Notes: a model not told the origin generated them from the sequence alone. A DNA stretch of 26,266 bases from an uncultured bacterium (GCA_964548195.1 CAZJQC010000017.1:1316-27581); one strand, 5' to 3'; positions 1 to 9,341 are shown, numbered from the stretch's first letter. Numbers and translations: made by a program.

Positions 1-777
1 GCTCTGGTCATAGTGCCTCTTTCCTTAATACTTTTTTATATAATCAAAAAGGGTATATCCGTGATCAGCCCCGCATTTCTTTTTTCCATGCCGGCGGGCG
101 TGGGGGAGGCGGGAGGCGGCATTGCCCATTCCCTTGTCGGCACATTGCTTTTAATAAGCATCGCCGTCGTCATCTCGCTTCCCCTTGGAGTGGGCACTGC
201 GATCTATATAAACGACCATCCGAAAAAACGCCTTTCCAAGGGCATACGTTTTACGGTAGACATGCTTCAGGGCATACCATCGATAATCATGGGCATAGTG
301 GTCTATGTGTGGGTGGTGCTCCCCCTGAAGAATTTTTCAGCATTTGCCGGAGGGATGGCGCTTGCCATCATGATGCTTCCCGTAGTCATCAGATCTACCG
401 AGGAGACGCTTAAGATGATACCACAGGCATTAAAGGAGGCGGCGCTTGCATTGGGTGTTCCCTATTACAGGACGGTGATAAAGGTCATACTGCCTGCGGG
501 TATTTCCGGGATCATGACAGGGGTCCTGCTTGGCGTAGCGCGTATCGCCGGGGAGACCGCGCCGCTGCTGTTCACAGCTTTCGGTAGTCCCTTTATGAAT
601 ACAAACATCATGAAGCCGGTGGATGCGCTGCCTCTGCTGATATATAATTATGCGACAAGCCCTTATCCCGAATGGCATAATATAGCCTGGGGTGCTTCCT
701 TTGTGCTGGTGGCATTTGTACTGACATTGAATCTGATCACAAGACTGGTGGTGAAAAAATGGCAGATAAGATTTTAA
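1..777 (+). CDS. pstA: Phosphate ABC transporter permease PstA (5' end lies upstream of the window)
   Basis: Frame is open from position 1; multiple TM segments; motifs GIPSIIMG, EAALALG, ARIAGETAPLLFT; overlaps pstB by 19 nt. Confidence 0.95.
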   Translation, partial: ALVIVPLSLILFYIIKKGISVISPAFLFSMPAGVGEAGGGIAHSLVGTLLLISIAVVISLPLGVGTAIYINDHPKKRLSKGIRFTVDMLQGIPSIIMGIVVYVWVVLPLKNFSAFAGGMALAIMMLPVVIRSTEETLKMIPQALKEAALALGVPYYRTVIKVILPAGISGIMTGVLLGVARIAGETAPLLFTAFGSPFMNTNIMKPVDALPLLIYNYATSPYPEWHNIAWGASFVLVAFVLTLNLITRLVVKKWQIRF

Positions 778-1523
778 GCGTAAGGAATCTAAACGCATAT
801 TATGGTGAAAAACAGGCGGTAAAAGGGGTAAACGTCGATTTTTATAAAAACAGGATAACGGCTATAATGGGGCCGTCCGGCTGCGGCAAGACAACGTTTC
901 TCAGATGCCTGAACAGAATACATGAGGTCAATACGGAAGCCAGGGCAAGAATAGAGGGGGATATATTCTTAAATGGCGAGAACATAGCCGCGCTGCACCC
1001 CATACTCTTGCGAAGGAGGGTCGGGATGGTCTTTCAAAAGCCGAATCCCTTCCCCCATATGTCTATATATGACAATGTCATCGCCGGATACAGGCTGAAC
1101 GGCATCAGGATGAAAAAGTTTGAATTTGACACTATCGTTGAGGAATCCCTGCGTAAAACGGCCTTATGGGATGAGGCAAAGGATCTTCTGTACAGCAAAG
1201 GCACTTTTCTCTCGGGAGGGCAGCAGCAGCGTCTTTGTATTGCGAGGGCGCTTGCGATGGGCCCTGATGTCATACTTCTGGATGAACCGACCTCGGCGTT
1301 GGATCCCATCGCCACGGCAAAAATAGAAGAGCTTTTGAGCCAGCTTAAGGAAAGCGTCACGATCATCATCGTCACCCATAATATGGCTCAGGCCGGGCGA
1401 ATATCCGATCACACCGCATTTTTTTATCTTGGAGAACTGCTGGAATACGGCACTACGGATAAGTTGTTCACAAATCCGGACAATGAGAAGACGGAGAATT
1501 TTCTCACTGGACAGTTCGGCTAA
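759..1523 (+). CDS. pstB: Phosphate ABC transporter ATP-binding protein PstB
   Basis: Walker A GPSGCGKTT, VGMVFQKPNPFP, LSGGQQQRLCIARALA, LLDEPTSALDP, VTHNMAQA; lies between pstA and phoU. Confidence 0.97.
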   Translation: MADKILSVRNLNAYYGEKQAVKGVNVDFYKNRITAIMGPSGCGKTTFLRCLNRIHEVNTEARARIEGDIFLNGENIAALHPILLRRRVGMVFQKPNPFPHMSIYDNVIAGYRLNGIRMKKFEFDTIVEESLRKTALWDEAKDLLYSKGTFLSGGQQQRLCIARALAMGPDVILLDEPTSALDPIATAKIEELLSQLKESVTIIIVTHNMAQAGRISDHTAFFYLGELLEYGTTDKLFTNPDNEKTENFLTGQFG

Positions 1524-1534
1524 ACGGAGGGAAT

Positions 1535-2206
1535 ATGATAGAAAAAAGACTGAAGGAGATCAGGGGAAAGCTTACCATTGAAGCGGCGCTTGTCGAGCGC
1601 ATGGTGGAAAATTCCGTAAATGCCCTGATAGAAGACGATGCAAGCCTGATAGAGGAGGTGCTTCGGTCGGAAAAGGAACTGAACAGGTCAGAAGTCGAGA
1701 CGGACGAGTTGTGTGTCACCACGCTGGCATTGTATCATCCCGAGGCTTCATATCTCAGAAAGATAGTCGCCGCCTTGAAAAACAACAATGATTTCGAAAG
1801 AATGGGGGATCAGGCGGTCAATATCACCGAAAGCGCCGCCGTCCTGCTTGCTTCGGGGGCGGACACGGATATTACGTTGCTCAAAGACATGCTTTCTGCG
1901 ACACTGGAGATGCTCCGTAAGGCGATAAGATCATTTGTTGATGATGACTGCGTCTCAGCCAGGGAGCTTCCTGCCATGGATGACAGGGTTGACGGGCTTG
2001 AGAAAGCCGTAATACAGCAATCCATTGCGGAGATGACCGAAAACTCTTCCCGTCGGGGTTCCGTGGAGACGGGGTACCATATGATAAGGATAGCCCAAAA
2101 CCTTGAACGCATAGCTGATCTTTCCACAAATATTGCTCAGGAGACCATCTTTATGGGGGAGGGGCTTATAACCAAACACGGCGAATCGGAGAGTCTCGGC
2201 TCATAA
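1535..2206 (+). CDS. phoU: Phosphate signalling complex protein PhoU
   Basis: Two PhoU repeats (DFERMGDQAVNI; NLERIADLSTNIA); GGAGG SD upstream; follows pstB. Confidence 0.95.
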   Translation: MIEKRLKEIRGKLTIEAALVERMVENSVNALIEDDASLIEEVLRSEKELNRSEVETDELCVTTLALYHPEASYLRKIVAALKNNNDFERMGDQAVNITESAAVLLASGADTDITLLKDMLSATLEMLRKAIRSFVDDDCVSARELPAMDDRVDGLEKAVIQQSIAEMTENSSRRGSVETGYHMIRIAQNLERIADLSTNIAQETIFMGEGLITKHGESESLGS

Positions 2207-2239
2207 GCCCGGGGCGGGCGAAGAATACCCTCCAAGTCA

Positions 2240-2268
2240 TTGTCAACGCGGGTTAAAGGTGCTATATT
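2240..2268 (+). promoter_or_regulatory. Sigma70-type promoter for the lipoprotein/secreted-protein pair
   Basis: TTGTCA (2240-2245), 17 nt, TATATT (2263-2268) with extended -10 TG at 2260-2261. Confidence 0.6.
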
Positions 2269-2288
2269 AGATGACTGGAGGGGTTTAT

Positions 2289-2819
2289 ATGACAATATTC
2301 GGCCGTATGGCTACCGTTTTGTCTGTGGCATTGTTTCTTTTTTCTTCGGCTTGTTCCCAAAAGCCGCAGGACGCGGCGGTGTCCGGGGGGCGGGAAGTCA
2401 AAGGGGAGCGTTACGCGGTCTCCATGGGTTTTCCGCAAGGATGGACTGCCGACACCGGCCAGGATTATTGCGAGATAATAGCCTACGGGCCGGAGGATAC
2501 CTATGCGATGCTTACGGTGACTCCCGCGAAACAGATCAACAGATATGAGCATATGGTGGAAATACTTCAGATGTTTTCATTTTTTGAGGATTTCAGGGTG
2601 ATGGAAGATTCTGAATTTAAATGGGGCGGGGCCGAGGGTGGCTCGATGATATACACATACCGGGAGACGTCACAGAACGAGAGTTTTGTGGAGTATGCCT
2701 TCTACAGGCAGGATGAGGATTATTTTTATCTTGTGCAGCTTGTGGCGCCGGCCGAAATCTTCGGCCGCTACAGGGATTCCTTCAGGGACATCGCATTGAC
2801 ATTGAGGACGGGAAACTAG
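2289..2819 (+). CDS. Putative lipoprotein, possibly PsbP/DcrB-like fold
   Basis: GGAGG SD at 2277 favours ATG 2289; signal peptide ending in lipobox-like FSSAC; FPQGW near the N-terminus and C-terminal strand-helix pattern resemble PsbP-like proteins (fold is inference). Confidence 0.7.
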   Translation: MTIFGRMATVLSVALFLFSSACSQKPQDAAVSGGREVKGERYAVSMGFPQGWTADTGQDYCEIIAYGPEDTYAMLTVTPAKQINRYEHMVEILQMFSFFEDFRVMEDSEFKWGGAEGGSMIYTYRETSQNESFVEYAFYRQDEDYFYLVQLVAPAEIFGRYRDSFRDIALTLRTGN

Positions 2820-3935
2820 ATGAGTGATCTTTTCAAAGCGGCTTTTGTCACATTTTTATTCTGCTTTCTATTTACAGCCACTTCAAGCGGGGGACAGTGG
2901 GCGGAGCTCAATCTCTTTGACTGGAGTTTTGAAAAGACGCCGTACTGGGCCACTTCGGAGATCCAGATCATTGCGGATGATGATGCGCAGGGATCGCTTA
3001 TAGACGGGGATTTTGGGCCCGGGCGGATGTTTGACGGGGACCCGTATACTTACTGGGCCGAGGGGTCGGCGGGAAACGGTGAAGGCGAGACGGTACTCTT
3101 TGCTGTGGAGCCGGGGGCGGACGGCTTTATAATAGTAAACGGGGCCATAGGCCGAAACGATATAAACAGGGTGAGTAAGATGACAGTCGCGCTGTTCACG
3201 GGATTCAGTTTTCCCGGTTACGTGAGTGAGATCGCGAGGGGTTACGCAAGCGTAAGCGCCGGAAACAAAACGGCTGTGACACTGGGAGACAGACACAGCG
3301 CGCAGACCGTGAAGCTGACAATAGACTGGAACGGCATATTCTCGGATATGAACCGGAGGATGGAAGAAGCGGCGAGGAAGTTCGGAGCTCCTGTTTCGGA
3401 GATAGACGTCAGGTTTATAGTAAGGCTTGACATTGAAGAGGTTTACGGCAGCGGAGACACCACCGGCATCACGGAGATCGCCCCTCTTTATGACCAGGCG
3501 TATGTGGATGAAAGCAGGTCGAGATTCGCCCGCATGCCCGGGGGCGACTATGATTCTCTCGGATGTTACATACGTCACAGACTCAGGTCTTTTGCGGAAT
3601 CATACGAGTCCGGCGACCTGGCCGCCCTTATCGCCCTCTTTGCTCCCGAAGACATAGTAAAACACACCGGGATATTTCCGGAGGAAGCGGAAAATGCCGA
3701 TCAGCCGGAGCTTTGGGCTTATGTCGTGTCGGCTTTATCCATGCCTTACAAGGATGAGGAATACTCTGCCCGGCGTATCGTTTTTACAGGCGCGGAGCTT
3801 CGTGAGGGGATGTATGTCTTTGATCTTGAACTTAAAGACGATGACGGCAATACCCGGAAAGGCAGACTGCGTATGCAGGCTGACACGGGATTATTTGTTC
3901 AAGACGACGGCCTTGTTGAGGAGGCTGTGGGATAA
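2820..3935 (+). CDS. Secreted hypothetical protein with a discoidin-like (NADase-type glycan-binding) N-terminal domain
   Basis: Signal peptide; motif MFDGDPYTYWAEGSAGNGEGE...IVNG...NRV; starts immediately after the upstream stop. Confidence 0.65.
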   Translation: MSDLFKAAFVTFLFCFLFTATSSGGQWAELNLFDWSFEKTPYWATSEIQIIADDDAQGSLIDGDFGPGRMFDGDPYTYWAEGSAGNGEGETVLFAVEPGADGFIIVNGAIGRNDINRVSKMTVALFTGFSFPGYVSEIARGYASVSAGNKTAVTLGDRHSAQTVKLTIDWNGIFSDMNRRMEEAARKFGAPVSEIDVRFIVRLDIEEVYGSGDTTGITEIAPLYDQAYVDESRSRFARMPGGDYDSLGCYIRHRLRSFAESYESGDLAALIALFAPEDIVKHTGIFPEEAENADQPELWAYVVSALSMPYKDEEYSARRIVFTGAELREGMYVFDLELKDDDGNTRKGRLRMQADTGLFVQDDGLVEEAVG

Positions 3936-3961
3936 GTGCCGGCCGTCGTCTGAAGTAAAGA

Positions 3962-5014
3962 TCAAGGTTTTACCAGTATCTTGATGTGATTTTCTTTGTT
4001 TTCTATGAGTTCTATGAAGCCTTTTTCGATGATGTCCTCCAGGCTGATCTCAGCCGTGATCAGATGCATCGCTTCAATTGCGCCGGAAGAGACAAGGTCT
4101 ATTGTCGCTTTAAAATCATCTTTGTATGCTATGGAACCGATGATCTCCTTTTCTCCGATGACCATGTCGTTGAGGGGAAGGCCGTCTCCCGGTTTTGAGA
4201 AGATGCCGGCAACGACGATGCGTCCGCCTTTTCTTGTGACGGAAATAGCAGTCGACATGGTGATGTCAAGTCCCGCGCATTCCACGGTCAGGTCAGCGCC
4301 AAGTCCCTCTGTGAGTTTCTTAATTTCCTCAACGGGATCTGTTTTCAGGGGATCTATGACCATGTCTGCGCCCAGTTTTTTGGCGAACTCTTTTCTCTTG
4401 CCCGCTGTCTCGATCACGTAGACTGCTGTGGCGCCGGCGGCTTTTGCTGCCTGAAGCGTGGCCAGACCTATGGTCCCCGCTCCGATGATGACTACGCTCT
4501 CCCCGAGGGAGAGGCGGCCTTTCTTTACAGCATGGACTCCCACTGCCGCAGGTTCGATGACGGCACCTGCTTCAAAGCTCATACCGGGAGCAAGCTTATA
4601 AAGCTGATATGCGGGGACCCTGATGTACTCTGCAAAGGCTCCGTCATCCGCCAGGCCGGTGAAACCAAGATTATCGCAAAGGTTGTATGATCCCTGTTTA
4701 CAGTAAGCGCACTCACCGCAGGCGATGCAGGCATCCGCTGTCACATGATCGCCTTCTGCCCAGCCGGTCACTCCTTCGCCCACCGTTTCGATGATGCCGG
4801 AAAACTCATGTCCGAGTATGACGGGAGCTTTTTTGCCTGTTATCGGGTGGGGAGTGACCGGGATGAATATGGGCCCCGCCTCGTATTCATGCAGATCTGT
4901 GCCGCATATCCCCGCAGCCATCACTTTGACGAGCACTTCGCCTTTTCCCGGAACGGGTTTTTCCGCTTCGACTATACGTATATCCTTCTGTCCAAACCAT
5001 TTTAATGCTTTCAT
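3962..5014 (-). CDS. Zn-dependent medium-chain dehydrogenase, 2,3-butanediol dehydrogenase-like
   Basis: GICGTDLHEY, GHEFSG, structural Zn CGECAYC-x7-C, Rossmann GAGTIG; SD GGAGGT (5021-5026, minus strand) places the start at 5014 (MKALKW), not 5083. Confidence 0.88.
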   Translation of the reverse strand: MKALKWFGQKDIRIVEAEKPVPGKGEVLVKVMAAGICGTDLHEYEAGPIFIPVTPHPITGKKAPVILGHEFSGIIETVGEGVTGWAEGDHVTADACIACGECAYCKQGSYNLCDNLGFTGLADDGAFAEYIRVPAYQLYKLAPGMSFEAGAVIEPAAVGVHAVKKGRLSLGESVVIIGAGTIGLATLQAAKAAGATAVYVIETAGKRKEFAKKLGADMVIDPLKTDPVEEIKKLTEGLGADLTVECAGLDITMSTAISVTRKGGRIVVAGIFSKPGDGLPLNDMVIGEKEIIGSIAYKDDFKATIDLVSSGAIEAMHLITAEISLEDIIEKGFIELIENKENHIKILVKP

Positions 5015-5032
5015 ATTATCACCTCCGAAGAG

Positions 5033-5061
5033 AATATAGTGACAAAAATCACGAATGTCAA
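5033..5061 (-). promoter_or_regulatory. Sigma70-type promoter of the dehydrogenase
   Basis: Minus strand TTGACA (5061-5056), 17 nt, TATATT (5038-5033). Confidence 0.75.
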
Positions 5062-5085
5062 GAGAAAATGTGAAATATATCACGA
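5037..5085. promoter_or_regulatory. Two GTGA-N6-TCAC operator-like palindromes (Rex- or CRP-family-like)
   Basis: TAGTGACAAAAATCACGA (5037-5054) and ATGTGAAATATATCACGA (5068-5085), 31 bp apart. Confidence 0.6.
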
Positions 5086-5103
5086 TAATATTTTTTTTAC
5101 ACG

Positions 5104-5132
5104 TTGTTTTGCCATTGAGATCTGCGTATAAT
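5104..5132 (+). promoter_or_regulatory. Sigma70-type promoter of tpx
   Basis: TTGTTT (5104-5109), 17 nt, TATAAT (5127-5132). Confidence 0.55.
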
Positions 5133-5152
5133 TGGATTGAGAGGAGTTGTAT

Positions 5153-5659
5153 ATGAAAAGAAGCGATCTTGTGACTTTTTCGGGAAAGCCGGTGACACTC
5201 GGGGGCACTCCCGTCAAACCCGGCGATCCGGCTCCCGATTTTCTTGCCACAGACAATATGATGCAGCCGGTCACCTTGAGCAATTACGAAGGAAAAAAAC
5301 GTATCATATCAGTGATGCCTTCCGTGGATACGGGCGTCTGCGCGGCGCAGACAAGGCGTTTCAATGAAGAGGCCGCGCGCCTGAAAGATGTGGTAATACT
5401 CACCATATCCATGGACCTTCCCTTTGCCCTCAAGCGTTTCTGCGCAGCCGAAGGCATAGAAAACGCGGTGACATTGTCAGACTATAAGAACATGGATTTC
5501 GGCATGAAATACGGTTTCTTCATCGAGGAACTCCATCTCCTGGCAAGAGGCGTTATCGTGATCGATGAAAAAGACTATATTCGTTATGTGGAATATGTCC
5601 CCGAAATAACGCATCATCCGGATTATGACAAGGCTCTCGATGCATTGAAAAAACTCTGA
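5153..5659 (+). CDS. tpx: Thiol peroxidase Tpx (atypical 2-Cys peroxiredoxin)
   Basis: PSVDTGVC (peroxidatic Cys), SMDLPFALKRFC (resolving Cys), HPDYD C-terminus; SD GAGGAG 5141-5146. Confidence 0.95.
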   Translation: MKRSDLVTFSGKPVTLGGTPVKPGDPAPDFLATDNMMQPVTLSNYEGKKRIISVMPSVDTGVCAAQTRRFNEEAARLKDVVILTISMDLPFALKRFCAAEGIENAVTLSDYKNMDFGMKYGFFIEELHLLARGVIVIDEKDYIRYVEYVPEITHHPDYDKALDALKKL

Positions 5660-5672
5660 CACGGCTGCTGTT

Positions 5673-6764
5673 GTGACTCATCTTCTGATCATAATGACAT
5701 CAATATACGCCGTCGTAGGCATATGCGTGCTGGCCGCCGTCCTTCTCCCCGGAAAAAAGACGCCGGGGCCGGACTCGGTGGACTCGGTTTCCATAGTCAT
5801 AGTCGCAAAGGATGAAGAGGCGCGTCTTCCTGCCGCGCTTGACTCGCTGGCCCGTCTAAATACGGGAAATATGGACGTGGAGATCATACTTGTGGACGAC
5901 AGGTCGCAGGACGCGACCCGTGACATAATGCAGGCGTTCCGTTGCGATTACGGCAGTGTCAGAGTGATCGCCTTGCGTGAGGGTGAGGGCGGACTTAAGG
6001 GGAAAAAGAACGGCATTGCCCGAGCGGTGTCCGCGGCCCGCGGCGAGATCATATTCGTGACCGATGCTGACTGCGTCGTCTCGTCCGACTGGATTGTCGA
6101 AGGGGTCCGTTCCTTTTCAAAGTCTACCGGCATGTCAGCGGGATACGTCGAAAAAAAAGGGGAAGGCCCTTTGCCGATGACCGAGGTGGAGGGCGCGGCG
6201 GGAACGCTTTTTGCATGGGCTTTTGCCCGTCTCGGTTCCCCGGTATACTGTTCCGGTGGAAACATGGCTTTTCGCAGGTCGGCATTTCAAGCCGTGGGTG
6301 GTTATGGCGGGACCCCGGATATCGCGTCAGGGGACGATACTTTTCTGCTGCGGAAGATCTCCGCACAATATGCCATAGGGGCTATGTCATCCCCCCGCAC
6401 GTTCGTATATACGGATGAACGGGGACGCGACACAAATAACATCGATAAAAACAGGCGCCGTTTCTCCAAAAACCTTGATATGAGGCCCGGACAGGTGGCT
6501 TTGTTTCTTTTCGCTTCGCTGTATCACCTCCTGCTGATATACGCCGCCGTCGCCGGCTGTTTTACAATTCTCTTGCCAATCCTTGTTTTTAAATTTATTA
6601 TCGAGTGGTCGGCGTTCAGTGCCGGGGCGGTTAAAATGGGAAAAAGCTCTTATATAGTGTTTTTTCCTCTATTTGCTTTTTATTTCCCCGTAAAAGTGAT
6701 TTATTATTCATTTACGGGTTATTTGAGAGGATACAGGTGGAAGGGTGAAGGGCGGTCTCGCTAA
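5673..6764 (+). CDS. Family 2 glycosyltransferase, membrane-anchored
   Basis: N-terminal TM; ILVDDRSQD, GKKNG, TDADC (DxD), GGNMAFRR...VGGY, SGDD; C-terminal TMs ending W-K-G. Confidence 0.9.
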   Translation: MTHLLIIMTSIYAVVGICVLAAVLLPGKKTPGPDSVDSVSIVIVAKDEEARLPAALDSLARLNTGNMDVEIILVDDRSQDATRDIMQAFRCDYGSVRVIALREGEGGLKGKKNGIARAVSAARGEIIFVTDADCVVSSDWIVEGVRSFSKSTGMSAGYVEKKGEGPLPMTEVEGAAGTLFAWAFARLGSPVYCSGGNMAFRRSAFQAVGGYGGTPDIASGDDTFLLRKISAQYAIGAMSSPRTFVYTDERGRDTNNIDKNRRRFSKNLDMRPGQVALFLFASLYHLLLIYAAVAGCFTILLPILVFKFIIEWSAFSAGAVKMGKSSYIVFFPLFAFYFPVKVIYYSFTGYLRGYRWKGEGRSR

Positions 6765-7683
6765 ATGGACTATCAGGACGGTGAAGGTCCTTATTTTGAC
6801 GGCTTTTCTCTGGTATTTGTATACCAGGGTGGATTTTCCCAAGATGTCCGGATATCTCAAAAACCTTGATTACCGGTATTTTACCGCAGGCATACTCCTG
6901 TTCGCAGCGGGTATGTTCCTCAACCTTTACAAGTGGAAGACCATGCTGTCCGCATACTATCACCCGTCGTGGAAAGATGTCTGCGCCTCCATGTTCGGAG
7001 GCTACGCCCTCTCCATATTCACTCCCGCCAGGCTTGGCGAGATGGGCAGATGCATGTTTATTTCCGAACTGGGCAAACGGAAGACCATGTCGCTTGTGGG
7101 CATAGACAAGGCCTTTAATGTGTCCATCACCACTTTTTTGGGCGTCTTTTTCATACAGTTCATGCCGCTGCGTTACACGGCGACCGTAAAGGTCATAGTC
7201 TACTTCTTTTCCGCCCTGATATTGACCTTTATTGTCATGTACACCAGATATCCGAAAAGACTTTACGGGCTGCTTATAAGGATACCGTTCTTGAAAAAAG
7301 GCGGCAGGAGGGACCTGCTTTTCGCCATAAAAAACAGCAAAAGAGACGACAATATCAAACTGTTCACGATCTCTCTGGCCATGTATTTAATGTATTTGTC
7401 CGAGTTTGTGCTCTTTTCCATGTCGTTTTTGCCCTCATCTCACCATGTGGCGTTGAATGCATATATAATATCGCTTTTTTTGAAGACGGCATTGCCGCTT
7501 ACGGTGGCGGACTGGGGCATAAAGGAAATATCCATGATAGAGTTTTACAACTATTTCGGCCTTTCCATTGAGATAGCACTGGGCGCCGCCATGTTCCTCT
7601 ACTTTTTCAATATTGCATTGCCGGCCCTTGCAGGCGGGTTTTACATGATCAAGATGAAAGGATTAAAATACCATGAAAGATGA
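6745..7683 (+). CDS. Lysylphosphatidylglycerol synthase TM-like / UPF0104 flippase-family membrane protein
   Basis: Polytopic; FTPARLGEMGR and P-x-x-x-x-x-WGIKE motifs typical of the family; overlaps the GT2 gene. Confidence 0.8.
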   Translation: MKGGLAKWTIRTVKVLILTAFLWYLYTRVDFPKMSGYLKNLDYRYFTAGILLFAAGMFLNLYKWKTMLSAYYHPSWKDVCASMFGGYALSIFTPARLGEMGRCMFISELGKRKTMSLVGIDKAFNVSITTFLGVFFIQFMPLRYTATVKVIVYFFSALILTFIVMYTRYPKRLYGLLIRIPFLKKGGRRDLLFAIKNSKRDDNIKLFTISLAMYLMYLSEFVLFSMSFLPSSHHVALNAYIISLFLKTALPLTVADWGIKEISMIEFYNYFGLSIEIALGAAMFLYFFNIALPALAGGFYMIKMKGLKYHER

Positions 7684-8842
7684 AAACACACTCCTGGTGC
7701 TCGTATTTGCCGGACTGACTGTATTGGTCTTTCTCTTCGGGGCCGCGGCTTTTCCGCCGCTTGCGGCATTTTTCTTCTTCTATTTCTTTTACCCCCGCAG
7801 AGACAACCCCTTTGTAAAGAGAGCCTTTGCCATAGCAGGCGTGCTGCTGGCCATATGGATATGGGCGGAGCTCAAACATATACTTGCGCCTTTTCTGATA
7901 TCATTTTTTATCGCCTATCTCTTCGACCCCCTCATCGACATACTTGAAAGGCGGATGAAGCGGGGGATTGCCGTGGCATTGTTCATGGCCGTCGTGCTGG
8001 CGATGGCCGCCGTGCTCATATTGTTCATAGTCCCCGCCGCAGTGGGGCAAATGGCACAGCTGGTGAATGTCATCGGCAAAAACCAGGGGAAGATCATAAA
8101 ATCACTCTCCGATGCCTGGGAGTATATAGAGAATACCGGGCTTTTCGACACCCAAAAACTGGGCGCGGCCCTGAATGATTTCATGAAGAATGTCAGCGAT
8201 CAGCTTATGGCAGTATTTACCGGGTTTGCGTCGGTGTTTCAGAGCCTGTTTAATCTGATCATAATCCCCGTTATCACATTTTATCTCCTTAAGGACTACG
8301 ACAAAATAAGCCTCTGGATATTTTCATTGTTCAAGGATGAAAAACGGAGCAGCCTGGAAAGGGGATACGGCAGGTTCAACCGTGTTTTCGGCAGTTATTT
8401 CAGAGGGGTGCTGCTGGATTCGCTCCTGGTGGGTGTGATCACAGCCCTGGGAGTCTTTCTGGCAGGCATACCTTATGCCCTGTTTATCGGGATAATCACC
8501 TTTGTGTTTAATCTTATTCCATATGTGGGGATCTGGATGGCGTTCGGACTCTCCGTGATCTTCACCCTGGCAGGTGACGGTTCTTTTTCAAAGGTGCTGT
8601 TGCTGGCAGTCATATATTTTTCAGTGCAAATCGTCGAAAGCAGCTTCATCTATCCACGCGTCGTCGGGCGTTCCGTCGGAATGTATCCCATCGCCGTCAT
8701 GATCATGCTTCTTATACTGTCGCATTTCATGGGGATATTCGGGCTGTTCCTCGGTGTGCCCATTTCTGCACTGGCTTGGTATTGGATTCAGGAAAGATTC
8801 GGATTGGGTGCGCAAAAGGACAAGGGAGGAAAAAATGGATAA
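7673..8842 (+). CDS. AI-2E family transporter
   Basis: PFLISFFIAYLFDP, FYLLKD, NLIPYVG, QIVES-x-x-IYPRVVG, GLFLGVP. Confidence 0.92.
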   Translation: MKDENTLLVLVFAGLTVLVFLFGAAAFPPLAAFFFFYFFYPRRDNPFVKRAFAIAGVLLAIWIWAELKHILAPFLISFFIAYLFDPLIDILERRMKRGIAVALFMAVVLAMAAVLILFIVPAAVGQMAQLVNVIGKNQGKIIKSLSDAWEYIENTGLFDTQKLGAALNDFMKNVSDQLMAVFTGFASVFQSLFNLIIIPVITFYLLKDYDKISLWIFSLFKDEKRSSLERGYGRFNRVFGSYFRGVLLDSLLVGVITALGVFLAGIPYALFIGIITFVFNLIPYVGIWMAFGLSVIFTLAGDGSFSKVLLLAVIYFSVQIVESSFIYPRVVGRSVGMYPIAVMIMLLILSHFMGIFGLFLGVPISALAWYWIQERFGLGAQKDKGGKNG

Positions 8843-9341
8843 GAAGTGTAACATCATCATGGAAACGGACAAGGGTATCATAAAAATCGCGCTGGACAGG
8901 GAAATGGCACCGCTGACCGCCGCGAATTTCCTCAAATATGCCGAAGACGGTTTTTTCGACGGTACTATATTCCATCGAGTGATCCCGGGCTTCATGATAC
9001 AGGGCGGCGGGCATATGCCGGATATGTCGATGAAGGAGAACGGCGAGCCTATAGAGAACGAGGCCGGAAACGGATTATTAAACAAAAGGGGCACCATCGC
9101 CATGGCCCGCACCGGCGAAATACACAGCGCGACTTCACAGTTTTTTATCAACCTTACCGACAACGGTTTTCTGGACCATAAGGATGAATCCGCTTCCGGG
9201 TTCGGGTATTGCGTGTTCGGAGAAGTGACGGACGGCATGGATGTCGTCGATGCCATAGCTTCCGTGGCTACGGGCAATGCCGGACATCATGCGGATGTGC
9301 CTCTTGAGGCCGTTAATATCATATCGGTAAAATCAGTATGA
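8835..9341 (+). CDS. Cyclophilin-type peptidyl-prolyl cis-trans isomerase (PpiA/PpiB family)
   Basis: FHRVIPGFMIQGGG, GTIAMART, SATSQFFIN, GYCVFGEV; SD GGAGG places the start at 8835 (MDKKCN). Confidence 0.95.
   Translation: MDKKCNIIMETDKGIIKIALDREMAPLTAANFLKYAEDGFFDGTIFHRVIPGFMIQGGGHMPDMSMKENGEPIENEAGNGLLNKRGTIAMARTGEIHSATSQFFINLTDNGFLDHKDESASGFGYCVFGEVTDGMDVVDAIASVATGNAGHHADVPLEAVNIISVKSV

Noticed and set aside
2207..2219. GCCCG-GGG-CGGGC hairpin after phoU as a terminator
   Set aside because: Only a 5-bp stem and no U-tract
2883..3578. Long antisense ORF (also 8621-9277, 19699-20190, 25596-26195 and similar)
   Set aside because: Shadow frames of well-supported + strand genes, with no motifs or SD
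5015..5083. N-terminal extension of the dehydrogenase in the ORF track
   Set aside because: It runs through the promoter and SD; the family N-terminus begins at MKALKW (5014)
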